The notes beneath the pieces were generated by a model. The model worked only from the letters and a program-made list of their open reading frames with translations. It did not search any database and was not told the DNA's origin. Below, one piece after another: positions 11,445 to 20,671 of a stretch of 64,000 nucleotides of DNA (the stretch's first letter is position 1; every line of letters begins with the position of its first letter). Position numbers and translations under genes: made by a program. Source of the stretch: Candidatus Latescibacterota bacterium (lineage in GTDB: Bacteria; Latescibacterota; UBA2968); the NCBI GenBank assembly GCA_965207885.1, contig OZ242311.1:4480001-4544000 (forward strand), written 5' to 3'.

Positions 11445-14400
11445 TCATGAAGAACGTCTAATACCCAATTTTTTCATTCGGCTGTACAGGGTAGAAGGCG
11501 GCAATTCCAGCCGCGCCGCCGCGCCTTTTGTTCCCTTTACCTTCCAATTAGTAATTTCGAGCACTTCGAGAATATAGAGACGTTCAAATTCATCCAAAGG
11601 CACGATTTCGCGGTCTTGAGAATCCGATAAGGAAGTCCACACCAGGTCCAGAGCAGCGCCTTTGATTCGCGAACGATACGATCCAAGATCCTCCAATTCG
11701 ATCCGAGCCCCCTGGCACACGGTTACTGCTCGCTGCATCGCATGCTCCAGTTCCCGCACATTTCCAGGCCAATCGTAGGCTTGAAACTCCTCTATAACAT
11801 CTGGCGTCAAGGGACCTATCTCCTTGCCGATATGAGCCGCCATGCAAGCCTTGAAAAATTCAGCCAGATCCGGTATATCCTCCTTGCGCTCGCGCAGAGG
11901 TGGCAAATAAAGCGGAAAACCATAGATGCGATAATAGAGGTCCTCGCGAAAAGCACCTGTGCTGACCATCTCCTCCAGGTTGCGATTGGTCGATGCTACA
12001 ATGCGCGTCTGCGCTTTTAGTGTCTCGCCCCCCCCAACGCGCTCAAACGTTCCCTCTTCCAGCAAGCGCAATAGCCTGGCCTGCGTTTCCAGAGTCATAT
12101 CGCCGATCTCGTCCAAAAAGAGCGTGCCATCTTTGGCCAGTTCCACCTTGCCCAGCCTGCGAGAAACTGCACTGGCAAAAGCCCCTTTCTCGTGACCAAA
12201 CAGTTCACTATCGATCAATGTCTGGGACAGGGCACCGCAGTTGACCTGAATAAAAGGACCACCATTATGGGCACTCTGTTCGTGTAATACCCGCGCAGCC
12301 AATCCCTTACCCACACCCGTCTCACCCATAATCAGCACGGATAGATCAGTCGATGCTACCTCCTTGAGTCTGGTTTGAAACTGGCCCAGGGCCGTACTCT
12401 GCCCGATAAATTTGTTGCTCTCCTGGCTATTGAGTGCCGCTGTCAGAGCTTCAATACGCAAGTCTGGTTCTATTGAGATTTGCACCTGTGCTATCTCTGA
12501 GTAATTGAGGTCGCGATCTACAGCCCTGACCTGAAAGGTGTAATCGCCCGGTGGCAAATCCCGGTAATGCGCCCTCATTTCTCGGGTCGCTGGCTGCCAG
12601 TCGAGGTCGTGTCCCTCCAGGCGATAGACATAGAGCATATCGCTGGAACGAGTAGAAAAGCTCAGGCCCTTGTACTCGAAAATCACATTCTGCTCTGTGA
12701 TAGATAGGATGCCTTCTTCTATGTTCTCATGGACCTTATCGGTAATCACCTGCAGCAGGCAAATCCGAGGCGGGGTTTTTTGTTGCCTATAGCGCACCAG
12801 AGAATTTTGGACTGTCCCGAACCAAAAGACTCCATCACGGTCTTCGAGTATTTGAAGAACAGGTCCTATATGCGGCGAATTGATGGTCTGGAAAAGTTGA
12901 CCATCGTAGTGAGCCACGCCCCCGTCTGTGCCAATCCAGATGTGGCCTCGCTGATCTTCTAACAAGCAGCGGATGCGGTTGCTCGGCAAACCGTCTTCAG
13001 TGGTGAAGGTGTGGAAGGTGCTACCATCAAAGCGACTGAGACCGCTTTGGGTAGCAATCCATACGCTCCCATGCAGGTCTTCCAGCAGGTCCTCGACTTT
13101 GTCATCTATCAGCCCATCTTCAATCCCATAAAATTTAAGGCCATCTTCGGAATGCCAGCGCGCAAAACCCTTATCTTTGTCGAAAAAATTTGGGTAATGA
13201 ATAAAAAAATAAAACTCGCCATTACGCCCGGCAATCACCGTGCCGATGCGGCCGAAAGGATCTCTCTGTACATTAACCTCAAGAATAGTTTGTAACTGAT
13301 CGTCTCGCTGGTAAAAGAGCCTCAATGGGCTACCCCAAAAGTCTCTTTTTCTTGTTATTTTTTCTTTTCCCCAATCGCCAAAAAGAAATCTCCCTTGCGA
13401 ATCCTGGGCAATTGCACAAATACCACTTTCGCCTAAACCTGCAGTTGTTTGCATTTTTTTGAGCTTATCTCCATCATAGCGGAACAAGCCATTGCCACCT
13501 CCAAACCACAGGTCCCCGGCGGAGTCCGCGTAGATGGCGAAACAGTTGTTGATGTCAAAACCATCCTCAGTGCCTACGAATTCAAAGTGCTCGCCATCAA
13601 AGCGAAAAACGCTTTTCTCCACACGGTTGAGAAAGGGAGCTATATACCCGACCCATATATCTCCTCGCCTGTCTTGCACGATCTGTGAGATCTCAACCAT
13701 ATTGTTGTTTTCAAAAACCGCCGCATTGTGATCAAAAACACTGATACTATGTGCATCGTAAAGCCCGACGCCCCCCCAGGTAGCAAACCAGAACTGATGC
13801 TCGCGGTCCTGGAACACAGCTTTGACTGCGGGATGGGGCAAGCCATCGGCAACGGTAAACCTGCTAAACCCATCTCCATCCTGATAGAACACCCCATCTG
13901 AAGTGCAAAACCACATCCGCCCTTCCCTGTCGCACTGAATTTTGCGCAGGCTGTCACCCAAATCTACCTCAACAGATTGGAAGGTGCCATCGGCATAGTA
14001 ACAGAGTTTATCCTGGTATCTACGATGACCGATCCAAACATAGCCGGTAGAGTCCTGCGCCACAGCATAGGCCGTGTTGCCTTTCGGAAAACCATCTTTC
14101 TTCTCATAGCGATGAAAGGATGTGCCGTCGAAACGGATGAGGTAGTTAAATCCAAACCACATCTGACCTTGTGGATCCTGAGCAATACCCCGACACTGAC
14201 TGGGCCAGAGAGGAGAAGGCGGCTCCTCATAATGCTGAAGGTAGATCGGAATTAAATCGCGGAACACAGTGCCATCATAATATCCCAGAGTCCTGTGACC
14301 GCCACACCATATACGCCCCTCCCTGTCTTCGTAGATGAACTGCACAGCACGCCCTGCGATCCCATCGTCCTCCAAATGGTGGAAATCTGCTCCGTCATAC

Positions 14401-14663
14401 CAGCAGACCCCATTTAGTGTACCAAACCACAATCGCTTCTGACTGTCCTGTAAAATAAAATAAACGCGGTCGCTAATCAGACCATCCTGTCGCGTAAAAT
14501 TCTGGAACTCGTCTCCGTCAAAGCGGCTGGCCCCATTGTCCCAGGTGGCGAACCAGAGATAGCCCTGGCTATCCTCGGCGATGTGTTCAATGCGCATCCC
14601 AGCCAGGCCATCTGCCATAGAATAAGTTTGCCAGGTACCCGTGCGGTCAAGTGACTTGATCAT
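11445..14663 (-). CDS. Paralogous beta-propeller/Y_Y_Y/sigma54 activator (copy 2)
   Basis: Collinear with 7836-11045; start placed at MIKSLDRTG by alignment with MIESLDRKG; L1 loop reads GAFASA. Confidence 0.9.
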   Translation of the reverse strand: MIKSLDRTGTWQTYSMADGLAGMRIEHIAEDSQGYLWFATWDNGASRFDGDEFQNFTRQDGLISDRVYFILQDSQKRLWFGTLNGVCWYDGADFHHLEDDGIAGRAVQFIYEDREGRIWCGGHRTLGYYDGTVFRDLIPIYLQHYEEPPSPLWPSQCRGIAQDPQGQMWFGFNYLIRFDGTSFHRYEKKDGFPKGNTAYAVAQDSTGYVWIGHRRYQDKLCYYADGTFQSVEVDLGDSLRKIQCDREGRMWFCTSDGVFYQDGDGFSRFTVADGLPHPAVKAVFQDREHQFWFATWGGVGLYDAHSISVFDHNAAVFENNNMVEISQIVQDRRGDIWVGYIAPFLNRVEKSVFRFDGEHFEFVGTEDGFDINNCFAIYADSAGDLWFGGGNGLFRYDGDKLKKMQTTAGLGESGICAIAQDSQGRFLFGDWGKEKITRKRDFWGSPLRLFYQRDDQLQTILEVNVQRDPFGRIGTVIAGRNGEFYFFIHYPNFFDKDKGFARWHSEDGLKFYGIEDGLIDDKVEDLLEDLHGSVWIATQSGLSRFDGSTFHTFTTEDGLPSNRIRCLLEDQRGHIWIGTDGGVAHYDGQLFQTINSPHIGPVLQILEDRDGVFWFGTVQNSLVRYRQQKTPPRICLLQVITDKVHENIEEGILSITEQNVIFEYKGLSFSTRSSDMLYVYRLEGHDLDWQPATREMRAHYRDLPPGDYTFQVRAVDRDLNYSEIAQVQISIEPDLRIEALTAALNSQESNKFIGQSTALGQFQTRLKEVASTDLSVLIMGETGVGKGLAARVLHEQSAHNGGPFIQVNCGALSQTLIDSELFGHEKGAFASAVSRRLGKVELAKDGTLFLDEIGDMTLETQARLLRLLEEGTFERVGGGETLKAQTRIVASTNRNLEEMVSTGAFREDLYYRIYGFPLYLPPLRERKEDIPDLAEFFKACMAAHIGKEIGPLTPDVIEEFQAYDWPGNVRELEHAMQRAVTVCQGARIELEDLGSYRSRIKGAALDLVWTSLSDSQDREIVPLDEFERLYILEVLEITNWKVKGTKGAAARLELPPSTLYSRMKKLGIRRSS

Positions 14664-14755
14664 AAAAAAGAAACCTTGCGATATTGGTAAAAGAAAACCG
14701 GATAGATTCAACTCTTTCAAGACAGACCAAACTCTTTTGCTGCAAAAAAAATTTG

Positions 14756-14772
14756 TGTAATATATGTGCTAA
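14756..14772 (-). promoter_or_regulatory. Degenerate copy of the sigma54 promoter module
   Basis: Minus strand reads TTAGCACATATATTACA, 14/17 identical to the 7522-7538 site, but GG->AG and GC->AC; flanking gtgaat...gcaatt...attattttt matches the 11240-11281 region. Confidence 0.55.
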
Positions 14773-14861
14773 TGTGAATTTATTCAAGCAATTATATGTT
14801 ATAAGATATTATTTTTTATGGGGCATAATGGATCGCGCATCGCCTACATTCATATCCATCG

Positions 14862-16148
14862 TCACATCTCCTTTGCCACACCGGCAACCGCTTCAATCGT
14901 CGCATCAATCACATCATCTGTATGCGCTGTCGATAAAAACCACGCGCCTCGCTCCAACGCGCGCACGCCTTTGTAGTGGAGTGCCTCTGTAAATTTGATG
15001 TACTGCTCGCGATCTGCTTGAAGCGAACTCCGATAATCGACAACTGGGGCATCAACGCCAAAGCCCACGTGAAAAATCTGCGGGAAACCCGCAACCCTGG
15101 CTTGAATACCGACATCTCTTAGTGCGCGCGCGATACCTTCCATAAGCCGATTGCCCCGCGCATTGAGCGCGTCAAACGTCTCTTCTTTGCCCAACTCAGT
15201 CAGCGTAGCGATCACCGCGGCCATAGAAGCGGGTTGCGCATTATAAGTGCCGCCGTGCATCACATCCGCGACGAGCATATCCATCAAATCGCCTCGCCCT
15301 GCCAAACACGAAACTGGAAACCCATTGGCTATCGCCTTGCCAAACGTCGCCAGATCGGGCGTCACCCCAAAGTATTGCTGTGCGCCGCCAGGCGCCACGC
15401 GAAACCCCGTAATCACCTCGTCAAAAATGAGCACCGTTCCCGTATCGGTACACACCTCTCGAAGCCCTTCCAAATAGCCCTCAGCGGGAAAAATTGTGCT
15501 GGTATTGCACATCGCAGGCTCCATAATAACAGCCGCGACATCCCCGCGTTTCAGGCGTGCACTCAGAAGCTCCAGATTATTCCAGGGAAGCACCTCAGTG
15601 TGCTGACCTACCAGCAGGTCTTGCCCTGCACTGGCGGGAATGGGAATGGGCGCATCAACCGGACCATACTGCTCGGGCGGGGGCGCGACAGACCACAGCA
15701 CATTGTCAAACCAGCCGTGATAATGTCCCTCAAATTTGATAACACAAAACCGCTCCGTAGCCGCACGTGCCAGGCGCAAAGCCGCCTGCACCACTTCACT
15801 ACCCGTGCAGTTAAAACGCACCCGCTCCGCGCAGGGCACCATATCGCAAACCATCCTGGCTGCCTCTTGCTCTACTGCTGTTTGTCCGGCAAAAAGAATG
15901 CCCGACTCGAGCTGTTCTCGAACAGCAGACAATACGGGTTCTGGATTGTGCCCGAGAATCATCGGCCCCATGCCCAGATAATAATCGATCAAACGATTGC
16001 CATCCACATCGTAGAGATATGGCCCTTCGCCGCGTTCAAAAACCAGAGGCGAGGGAACCATCCCCAGCCGAAAATTGCTGTTCACACCGCCCGGCAAATA
16101 GCGCGAGGCTTCGGCGATCAAACGCCTGGATTCTTCAAAACTTTTCAT
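14862..16148 (-). CDS. Class III PLP aminotransferase, glutamate-1-semialdehyde aminomutase-like
   Basis: PGGVNS, DVDGN..IDY, FEGHYHG, IFDEVITGFR, TFGKAIANG, GGTYN; start reassigned to MKSFEES. Confidence 0.85.
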   Translation of the reverse strand: MKSFEESRRLIAEASRYLPGGVNSNFRLGMVPSPLVFERGEGPYLYDVDGNRLIDYYLGMGPMILGHNPEPVLSAVREQLESGILFAGQTAVEQEAARMVCDMVPCAERVRFNCTGSEVVQAALRLARAATERFCVIKFEGHYHGWFDNVLWSVAPPPEQYGPVDAPIPIPASAGQDLLVGQHTEVLPWNNLELLSARLKRGDVAAVIMEPAMCNTSTIFPAEGYLEGLREVCTDTGTVLIFDEVITGFRVAPGGAQQYFGVTPDLATFGKAIANGFPVSCLAGRGDLMDMLVADVMHGGTYNAQPASMAAVIATLTELGKEETFDALNARGNRLMEGIARALRDVGIQARVAGFPQIFHVGFGVDAPVVDYRSSLQADREQYIKFTEALHYKGVRALERGAWFLSTAHTDDVIDATIEAVAGVAKEM

Positions 16149-17100
16149 GGGATGATTCTTTATCGAGTTCCATAAATCGCACACGTGAGGAAACATCTTC
16201 GAGAAGGGCGCGGTTGGTGGCGATGAGATCGGCGACAATACCGGTGAGAAACATCTGAAATCCAGCGAGCAGAAGGATAGCGGCGAGGATAAGCGATTGA
16301 ATGTGAAGCTCGCCTTCGTCGGTAAAAAAGAAAAAATAGAGAAACCGGAGACCAATTAACGTGCCAAAAGCGAAAACAACAGCACCAAAAATAGAAAATA
16401 TGCGGAGTGCTTTGTAGCGTGCGTAAGTCCTCAAACTGATCATGCCCGACTTAAAAACAAATACACCCGGATTTTTGAAAAGGCGAGATTCGCGTGTTTT
16501 GGGATTCGTGCGAATGGGCACAGTTTCGACAGCGAGACGGTCTTGACCTGCTTGCACAACATGCTCGGCGGTGTGATCAAAATCCGTAAACATCGACAGA
16601 TGCAGGACCGCGTCTCGTGAAAAGGCGCGGAAACCACTGGCGACATCGGGCACCTCAATATGGGCGAGGCGACTGATGACGCGACTACCCAAACCCTGTA
16701 GCCATCGTTTAACAAAAGAAAAGTGGCCGATATCACCTGTCTGTCGATCTCCAATAACGATATGGGCGCGCTTTTTGAGAATGGGCTGAACGAGCGCGAC
16801 AATATCAGGACCGTAGTACTGGTTATCGCCATCGGTATTGACAATAATATCGGCACCGAGTTTGAGGCCAGTGTCAAAACCCGCTTTGAATGCATGACCC
16901 AGACCGCGATTTTTAGGGAATCTGATAATATGATCCACGCCGAGGTCGCGCGCGACCTCAGACGTGCGATCCGTAGAACCATCGTCAATGACCAGAATCT
17001 CGACTTTGTCAATACCGGGAACTTTGCGCGGAATATCGTTAACCGTAGCGGGCAGGGTTTCTTCTTCGTTGAAGCAGGGGATTTGGACAATCAGTTTCAT
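16135..17100 (-). CDS. Glycosyltransferase family 2 with C-terminal transmembrane helices (DPM/GtrB-like)
   Basis: IPCFNEE, VIDDGSTD, NTDGDNQY, DVASGFRAF, two C-terminal hydrophobic segments. Confidence 0.88.
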   Translation of the reverse strand: MKLIVQIPCFNEEETLPATVNDIPRKVPGIDKVEILVIDDGSTDRTSEVARDLGVDHIIRFPKNRGLGHAFKAGFDTGLKLGADIIVNTDGDNQYYGPDIVALVQPILKKRAHIVIGDRQTGDIGHFSFVKRWLQGLGSRVISRLAHIEVPDVASGFRAFSRDAVLHLSMFTDFDHTAEHVVQAGQDRLAVETVPIRTNPKTRESRLFKNPGVFVFKSGMISLRTYARYKALRIFSIFGAVVFAFGTLIGLRFLYFFFFTDEGELHIQSLILAAILLLAGFQMFLTGIVADLIATNRALLEDVSSRVRFMELDKESSHEKF

Positions 17101-17101
17101 T

Positions 17102-18775
17102 TTAGTCGCCAAAAATAGCAGCCGATGCGGCTTCGGCCTTTTTCATTTTTTCTTCATCGGATAAATCACCCATCGCTTTGTAAAAAATTTCATCGTAATC
17201 GCGCGTTTTAATAACCACGGGCATAGGTACCGCATGACCAAATACAAGAGCTTGCTGTTTGGAATCGAGACTCGCCAGAACACTTCGCAAGCCAGCGGCA
17301 TTGGACACCCCTGTGAGCACTCCCTGTATGTCTTTTTCGTCATTTAGCAAAGCCGTGATTTTTGTGCCGAGTTGTGAAAGTACCTCTTCGTCAATACCCG
17401 AGGGACGCTGGTCAACCACGAGGAGCGAAACGTAATATTTACGCATTTCCCTGGCAATCGTACCAAAAATGGTTTGCCTTGCAGTCGCGGGATTTAGAAA
17501 CTTGTGGGCCTCTTCTATGGTGATAACCAGGTGCCGCGGCTGATCTTCGGGATTTTGCGAGGCGTAAAACTTTTCGCTTTTTGTGACGTATTGTTCGTGA
17601 ATGCGGCGAGAGAGAATATTCGCCACGAGCAAATACGCGAGCATGCCGGTCTGCCGACCAAACTCGAGCACAATGTGAATGCCGCGGTCGATGTAATCCA
17701 TCATCGTATCGACGGCATCGGCTCCGTTGAGGCTATTGACCATAAAGGGAAAGTTTTCAAGGCGTTTGAGTTTGCGATGTAGCGCGGAAAGCGAACTTTT
17801 ATTGGCGCCGATATCCTCGGCAAATTGCTCGACATCGGGACCATCAATAGAAAGCAATTGGCGCAGCCAGCGATCTTTGTACATCGCGTAAACGAGATAG
17901 GCAGATTCAGAAGCCGTGGGATTGAGTTGCAGTTCGTCTTGCAACGCGATAACATCTTCGACCGCGACCTGATCGTAGGTGATGTACACCTCGTGGTCGG
18001 GTTGAATACCGCGCTGCCGAGACGATTCGGGATCGAGAGAAAAAAGGGCGACCTGATTCCCAAAAAGCTGCTTAAGGCCCTTGACAAAGCTATTGCCCTG
18101 CCCGCCCTCTTTCATAGCGCGAAAACCGTATTCATTGTGCATATCAAAAATGAGATTGACGGCTTTCTTGTTTTTGATCAGACCGCACAATACCAGACGC
18201 GTGAGAAAGGACTTACCCGTGCCCGTCTTGCCAAAAATGCCATTGCTGCGTTCGACAAAGCGATTGAGATTGATGCACACCGGCGTATCCATATCCAATG
18301 GCGTACCCATGTTGAAAAACCGGTCGTCTTTTTCCTCGCTGCCAAAAACGCGCGAGACATCCTCTTTTTCAGCTTCAACAACTTTGGAAAAATGACTGGG
18401 AATAGTTTTCACCGGACGCGGTTCATCGACGATTTCTTCGCCCTGTTCCAGCATAAGCATGGGGCGCAGTGCAACTGTGACATAGGTGCTGGAACCATTG
18501 AGAACGCTGTGCAATAACTGATCGCTCTCGCGCGGTGGATAAAGCAAAATTTCGGGATTGGTCGCATCCAAACTCAGGTCGGTGATCATGGAGAAAAACT
18601 GATTTTTATACCCCTCAATAACCACAAATTTGCCAGCTTTGACGTCTTCTACGCTGCGGTCGGGGTTGAGCTTCATCTCAACGCCCTCGGTCAAAGACCC
18701 CTGCGTGACAACGCCGATTTCGCCGCCATCCTGAATATTGGGCGAACCATTTAGATTATTCCAAAGATCGTTCAT
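17102..18775 (-). CDS. herA: HerA-family (HAS-barrel/DUF87) ATPase
   Basis: N-terminal HAS-barrel-like region; Walker A GKTGTGKS; FDMHNEY; Walker B IEEAH; REMRKY; DQRPS; lies downstream of nurA. Confidence 0.85.
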   Translation of the reverse strand: MNDLWNNLNGSPNIQDGGEIGVVTQGSLTEGVEMKLNPDRSVEDVKAGKFVVIEGYKNQFFSMITDLSLDATNPEILLYPPRESDQLLHSVLNGSSTYVTVALRPMLMLEQGEEIVDEPRPVKTIPSHFSKVVEAEKEDVSRVFGSEEKDDRFFNMGTPLDMDTPVCINLNRFVERSNGIFGKTGTGKSFLTRLVLCGLIKNKKAVNLIFDMHNEYGFRAMKEGGQGNSFVKGLKQLFGNQVALFSLDPESSRQRGIQPDHEVYITYDQVAVEDVIALQDELQLNPTASESAYLVYAMYKDRWLRQLLSIDGPDVEQFAEDIGANKSSLSALHRKLKRLENFPFMVNSLNGADAVDTMMDYIDRGIHIVLEFGRQTGMLAYLLVANILSRRIHEQYVTKSEKFYASQNPEDQPRHLVITIEEAHKFLNPATARQTIFGTIAREMRKYYVSLLVVDQRPSGIDEEVLSQLGTKITALLNDEKDIQGVLTGVSNAAGLRSVLASLDSKQQALVFGHAVPMPVVIKTRDYDEIFYKAMGDLSDEEKMKKAEAASAAIFGD

Positions 18776-18812
18776 AAAAGATAGCTTTCATCCGTTCTTA
18801 CACTCTTCAAAC

Positions 18813-19409
18813 TTATTGCGAAATCCGCCGCATAATAGAACTCAGGCGGTCGTAGTCGTCGCGGATCAGGCGACACAGGTCTTTGCCAATGCCTACCAAA
18901 TAGGGCATATCTAAAGCACGAGCTGCCCACGCATTTCGCACCGAGGCGATGATGAGATCGTCGGCGGGCAGGCGGTTGCCACATAAAATGCTGCGGAGAA
19001 AATCCCCGCTATTGGTCAGGGCTTTGATTTCGGATTCGGTACAGGGAAAAACAAAGCTGTGAATCCCGGGCGGTTGCGGTGGCAAGACCTGTTGCGGGCC
19101 CTGGTCGTCGCCATAGCCAATAATAACGGCTTCAAATTCAGTCTTGAGAAGTTCAAAAATTTGCGGTTGCTCTTCGCGCAATTCTTGTTCGGTAAGACCA
19201 TACGCCGTGGCGCGTCGGTTGGGTTCAATAGAGTGCGTACACACATTGAAAACCAGACCATATACAGGCAATGCACCAATAGTCTTAACAAAGGAACCAA
19301 ATGGCGGCGCGCCATTTAACTCCCGACTTTCAGAAGTAAATTGCGAAGTAGAGCTTTCGACAATTTCACCAATATATTCAGTGCTGATATCGATAGAAGA
19401 AAGAGCCAT
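18813..19409 (-). CDS. Stand-alone HAS-barrel domain protein
   Basis: IGEIVESSTSQF..PPFGSFV..EQPQIFELL..PPQPP.IH; sits between nurA and herA as in bacterial nurA-HAS-herA loci. Confidence 0.75.
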   Translation of the reverse strand: MALSSIDISTEYIGEIVESSTSQFTSESRELNGAPPFGSFVKTIGALPVYGLVFNVCTHSIEPNRRATAYGLTEQELREEQPQIFELLKTEFEAVIIGYGDDQGPQQVLPPQPPGIHSFVFPCTESEIKALTNSGDFLRSILCGNRLPADDLIIASVRNAWAARALDMPYLVGIGKDLCRLIRDDYDRLSSIMRRISQ

Positions 19410-19423
19410 AAAAAAAACCCTCG

Positions 19424-20644
19424 CTATACTGCTGCAGCCATTTTTTTGAGTTGTTTGAGCGACTGTTCAGTTTTGATATTATTTTTTACAAAAGCATCTT
19501 TCAAGAACTTAAAGAATATGTCACGATCGGCTCCGCGCACAATGGCGCGTTCGTGGGATTCGGATAAGACGACGGGATATCCGCGCCCCTTATCGATCTG
19601 ATCGACAACCGTGGCGTGTACGAGATCGAGCAACTCGCGGTCTTTGGCAACCCATTCAGGGATTTCGACGCGACCAATTTCCCAACCCGTGTGTACGTAA
19701 AAAAAGCAAATGCGGTGGGGACCGTAGTCCTCGAGAATTTTAGACGCGCTGCGATAAACGCCACTGCGCTCGCCGCGTTTGAGTTTGCGGGCATACAGCA
19801 TATCGTCGGTAACGCCGGCAATGGGTTCACAGGGAATGGGCGCAGGCGGTTCAGAATCCCCATCAAGATCGAGAAGATGCTGCGCCTCGGCTGCTTTCCA
19901 CGGGCACTTGTCGCAGTTGGGGGGCTGTTCGGGACAGAGGCCTACGCGCAAGGCATTGAGCACATCGGCACTGCCGGGATCTGAAATGTACCCGGCAATG
20001 GGAACGCGGAGTTCGCGCAGACGCTCCAAACCGACGAGCGTAGCCTGAAGCGTTTCGCGGCGGAAATCGTAGGGTTTACCTTCGAGCATCCATAAAATCA
20101 GCGTTCCATCGGTCAGCCCGACACAGGTTCGGCCCTCTGCGTGCGCCTGGGCAGAGAGGGAGACGACCTTTTCGAGTTCCATGGCATTTCGCCGCACGCC
20201 AACGATTTCGCGGGTGATTGGACTGCGCTTGCCCGCCCATTCCTGATAGAGGTCGTCTTCATCGTAAAAAAGCGTTGGTTCGCTGTTTAACACCGGGCGT
20301 TCTCCCGTGCCGTAATGAATGACGACATAGCCAATATTGATCAGAAAACAATTGGCGACTTCGTGCCGGTCGGGGAATATCTGAGATCCATCGGCGGCAA
20401 TAACGGTAAGTTCTTTGGGGCGGTCGGGTCTTGGACACGCCTCGGTAATCGGCCCGCCGAGTTGGGCAACCAGCCAGGAGGTGCGGCTACGCGCAATTTT
20501 AATACCCAGGGTTTCCCAGGCATCTTCCCAGCGATCCATTTCGGAACACGCCAGATCAATACGGGTAAAAAAGTCGTCTTGCAAAGTACTGGCATCAACC
20601 GCCATCTGGTCAATCTGGCGTTTGAGCAAACCGTAATCGAGCAT
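19424..20644 (-). CDS. nurA: NurA-family nuclease
   Basis: AADGSQI, DGTLI, GRVEIPEW, GYPVVLSESHERA; insert with CPxxxxxCxxC. Confidence 0.85.
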   Translation of the reverse strand: MLDYGLLKRQIDQMAVDASTLQDDFFTRIDLACSEMDRWEDAWETLGIKIARSRTSWLVAQLGGPITEACPRPDRPKELTVIAADGSQIFPDRHEVANCFLINIGYVVIHYGTGERPVLNSEPTLFYDEDDLYQEWAGKRSPITREIVGVRRNAMELEKVVSLSAQAHAEGRTCVGLTDGTLILWMLEGKPYDFRRETLQATLVGLERLRELRVPIAGYISDPGSADVLNALRVGLCPEQPPNCDKCPWKAAEAQHLLDLDGDSEPPAPIPCEPIAGVTDDMLYARKLKRGERSGVYRSASKILEDYGPHRICFFYVHTGWEIGRVEIPEWVAKDRELLDLVHATVVDQIDKGRGYPVVLSESHERAIVRGADRDIFFKFLKDAFVKNNIKTEQSLKQLKKMAAAV

Positions 20645-20671
20645 AAGAGGCTCCAGTGAGGTGGCTCTTTA

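Noticed and set aside
14664-14720. N-terminal extensions given by the ORF track (activator 2, also the aminotransferase, thrS, rny, rarA and TMEM14)
   Set aside because: Paralog/family alignment and SD positions favour the downstream starts; the extensions are not credible signal peptides.
14862-16148. Naming the aminotransferase hemL
   Set aside because: The family is clear, but it reads PGGVNSNFR rather than the typical PGGVNSPVR and has no tetrapyrrole gene context; likely a paralog.
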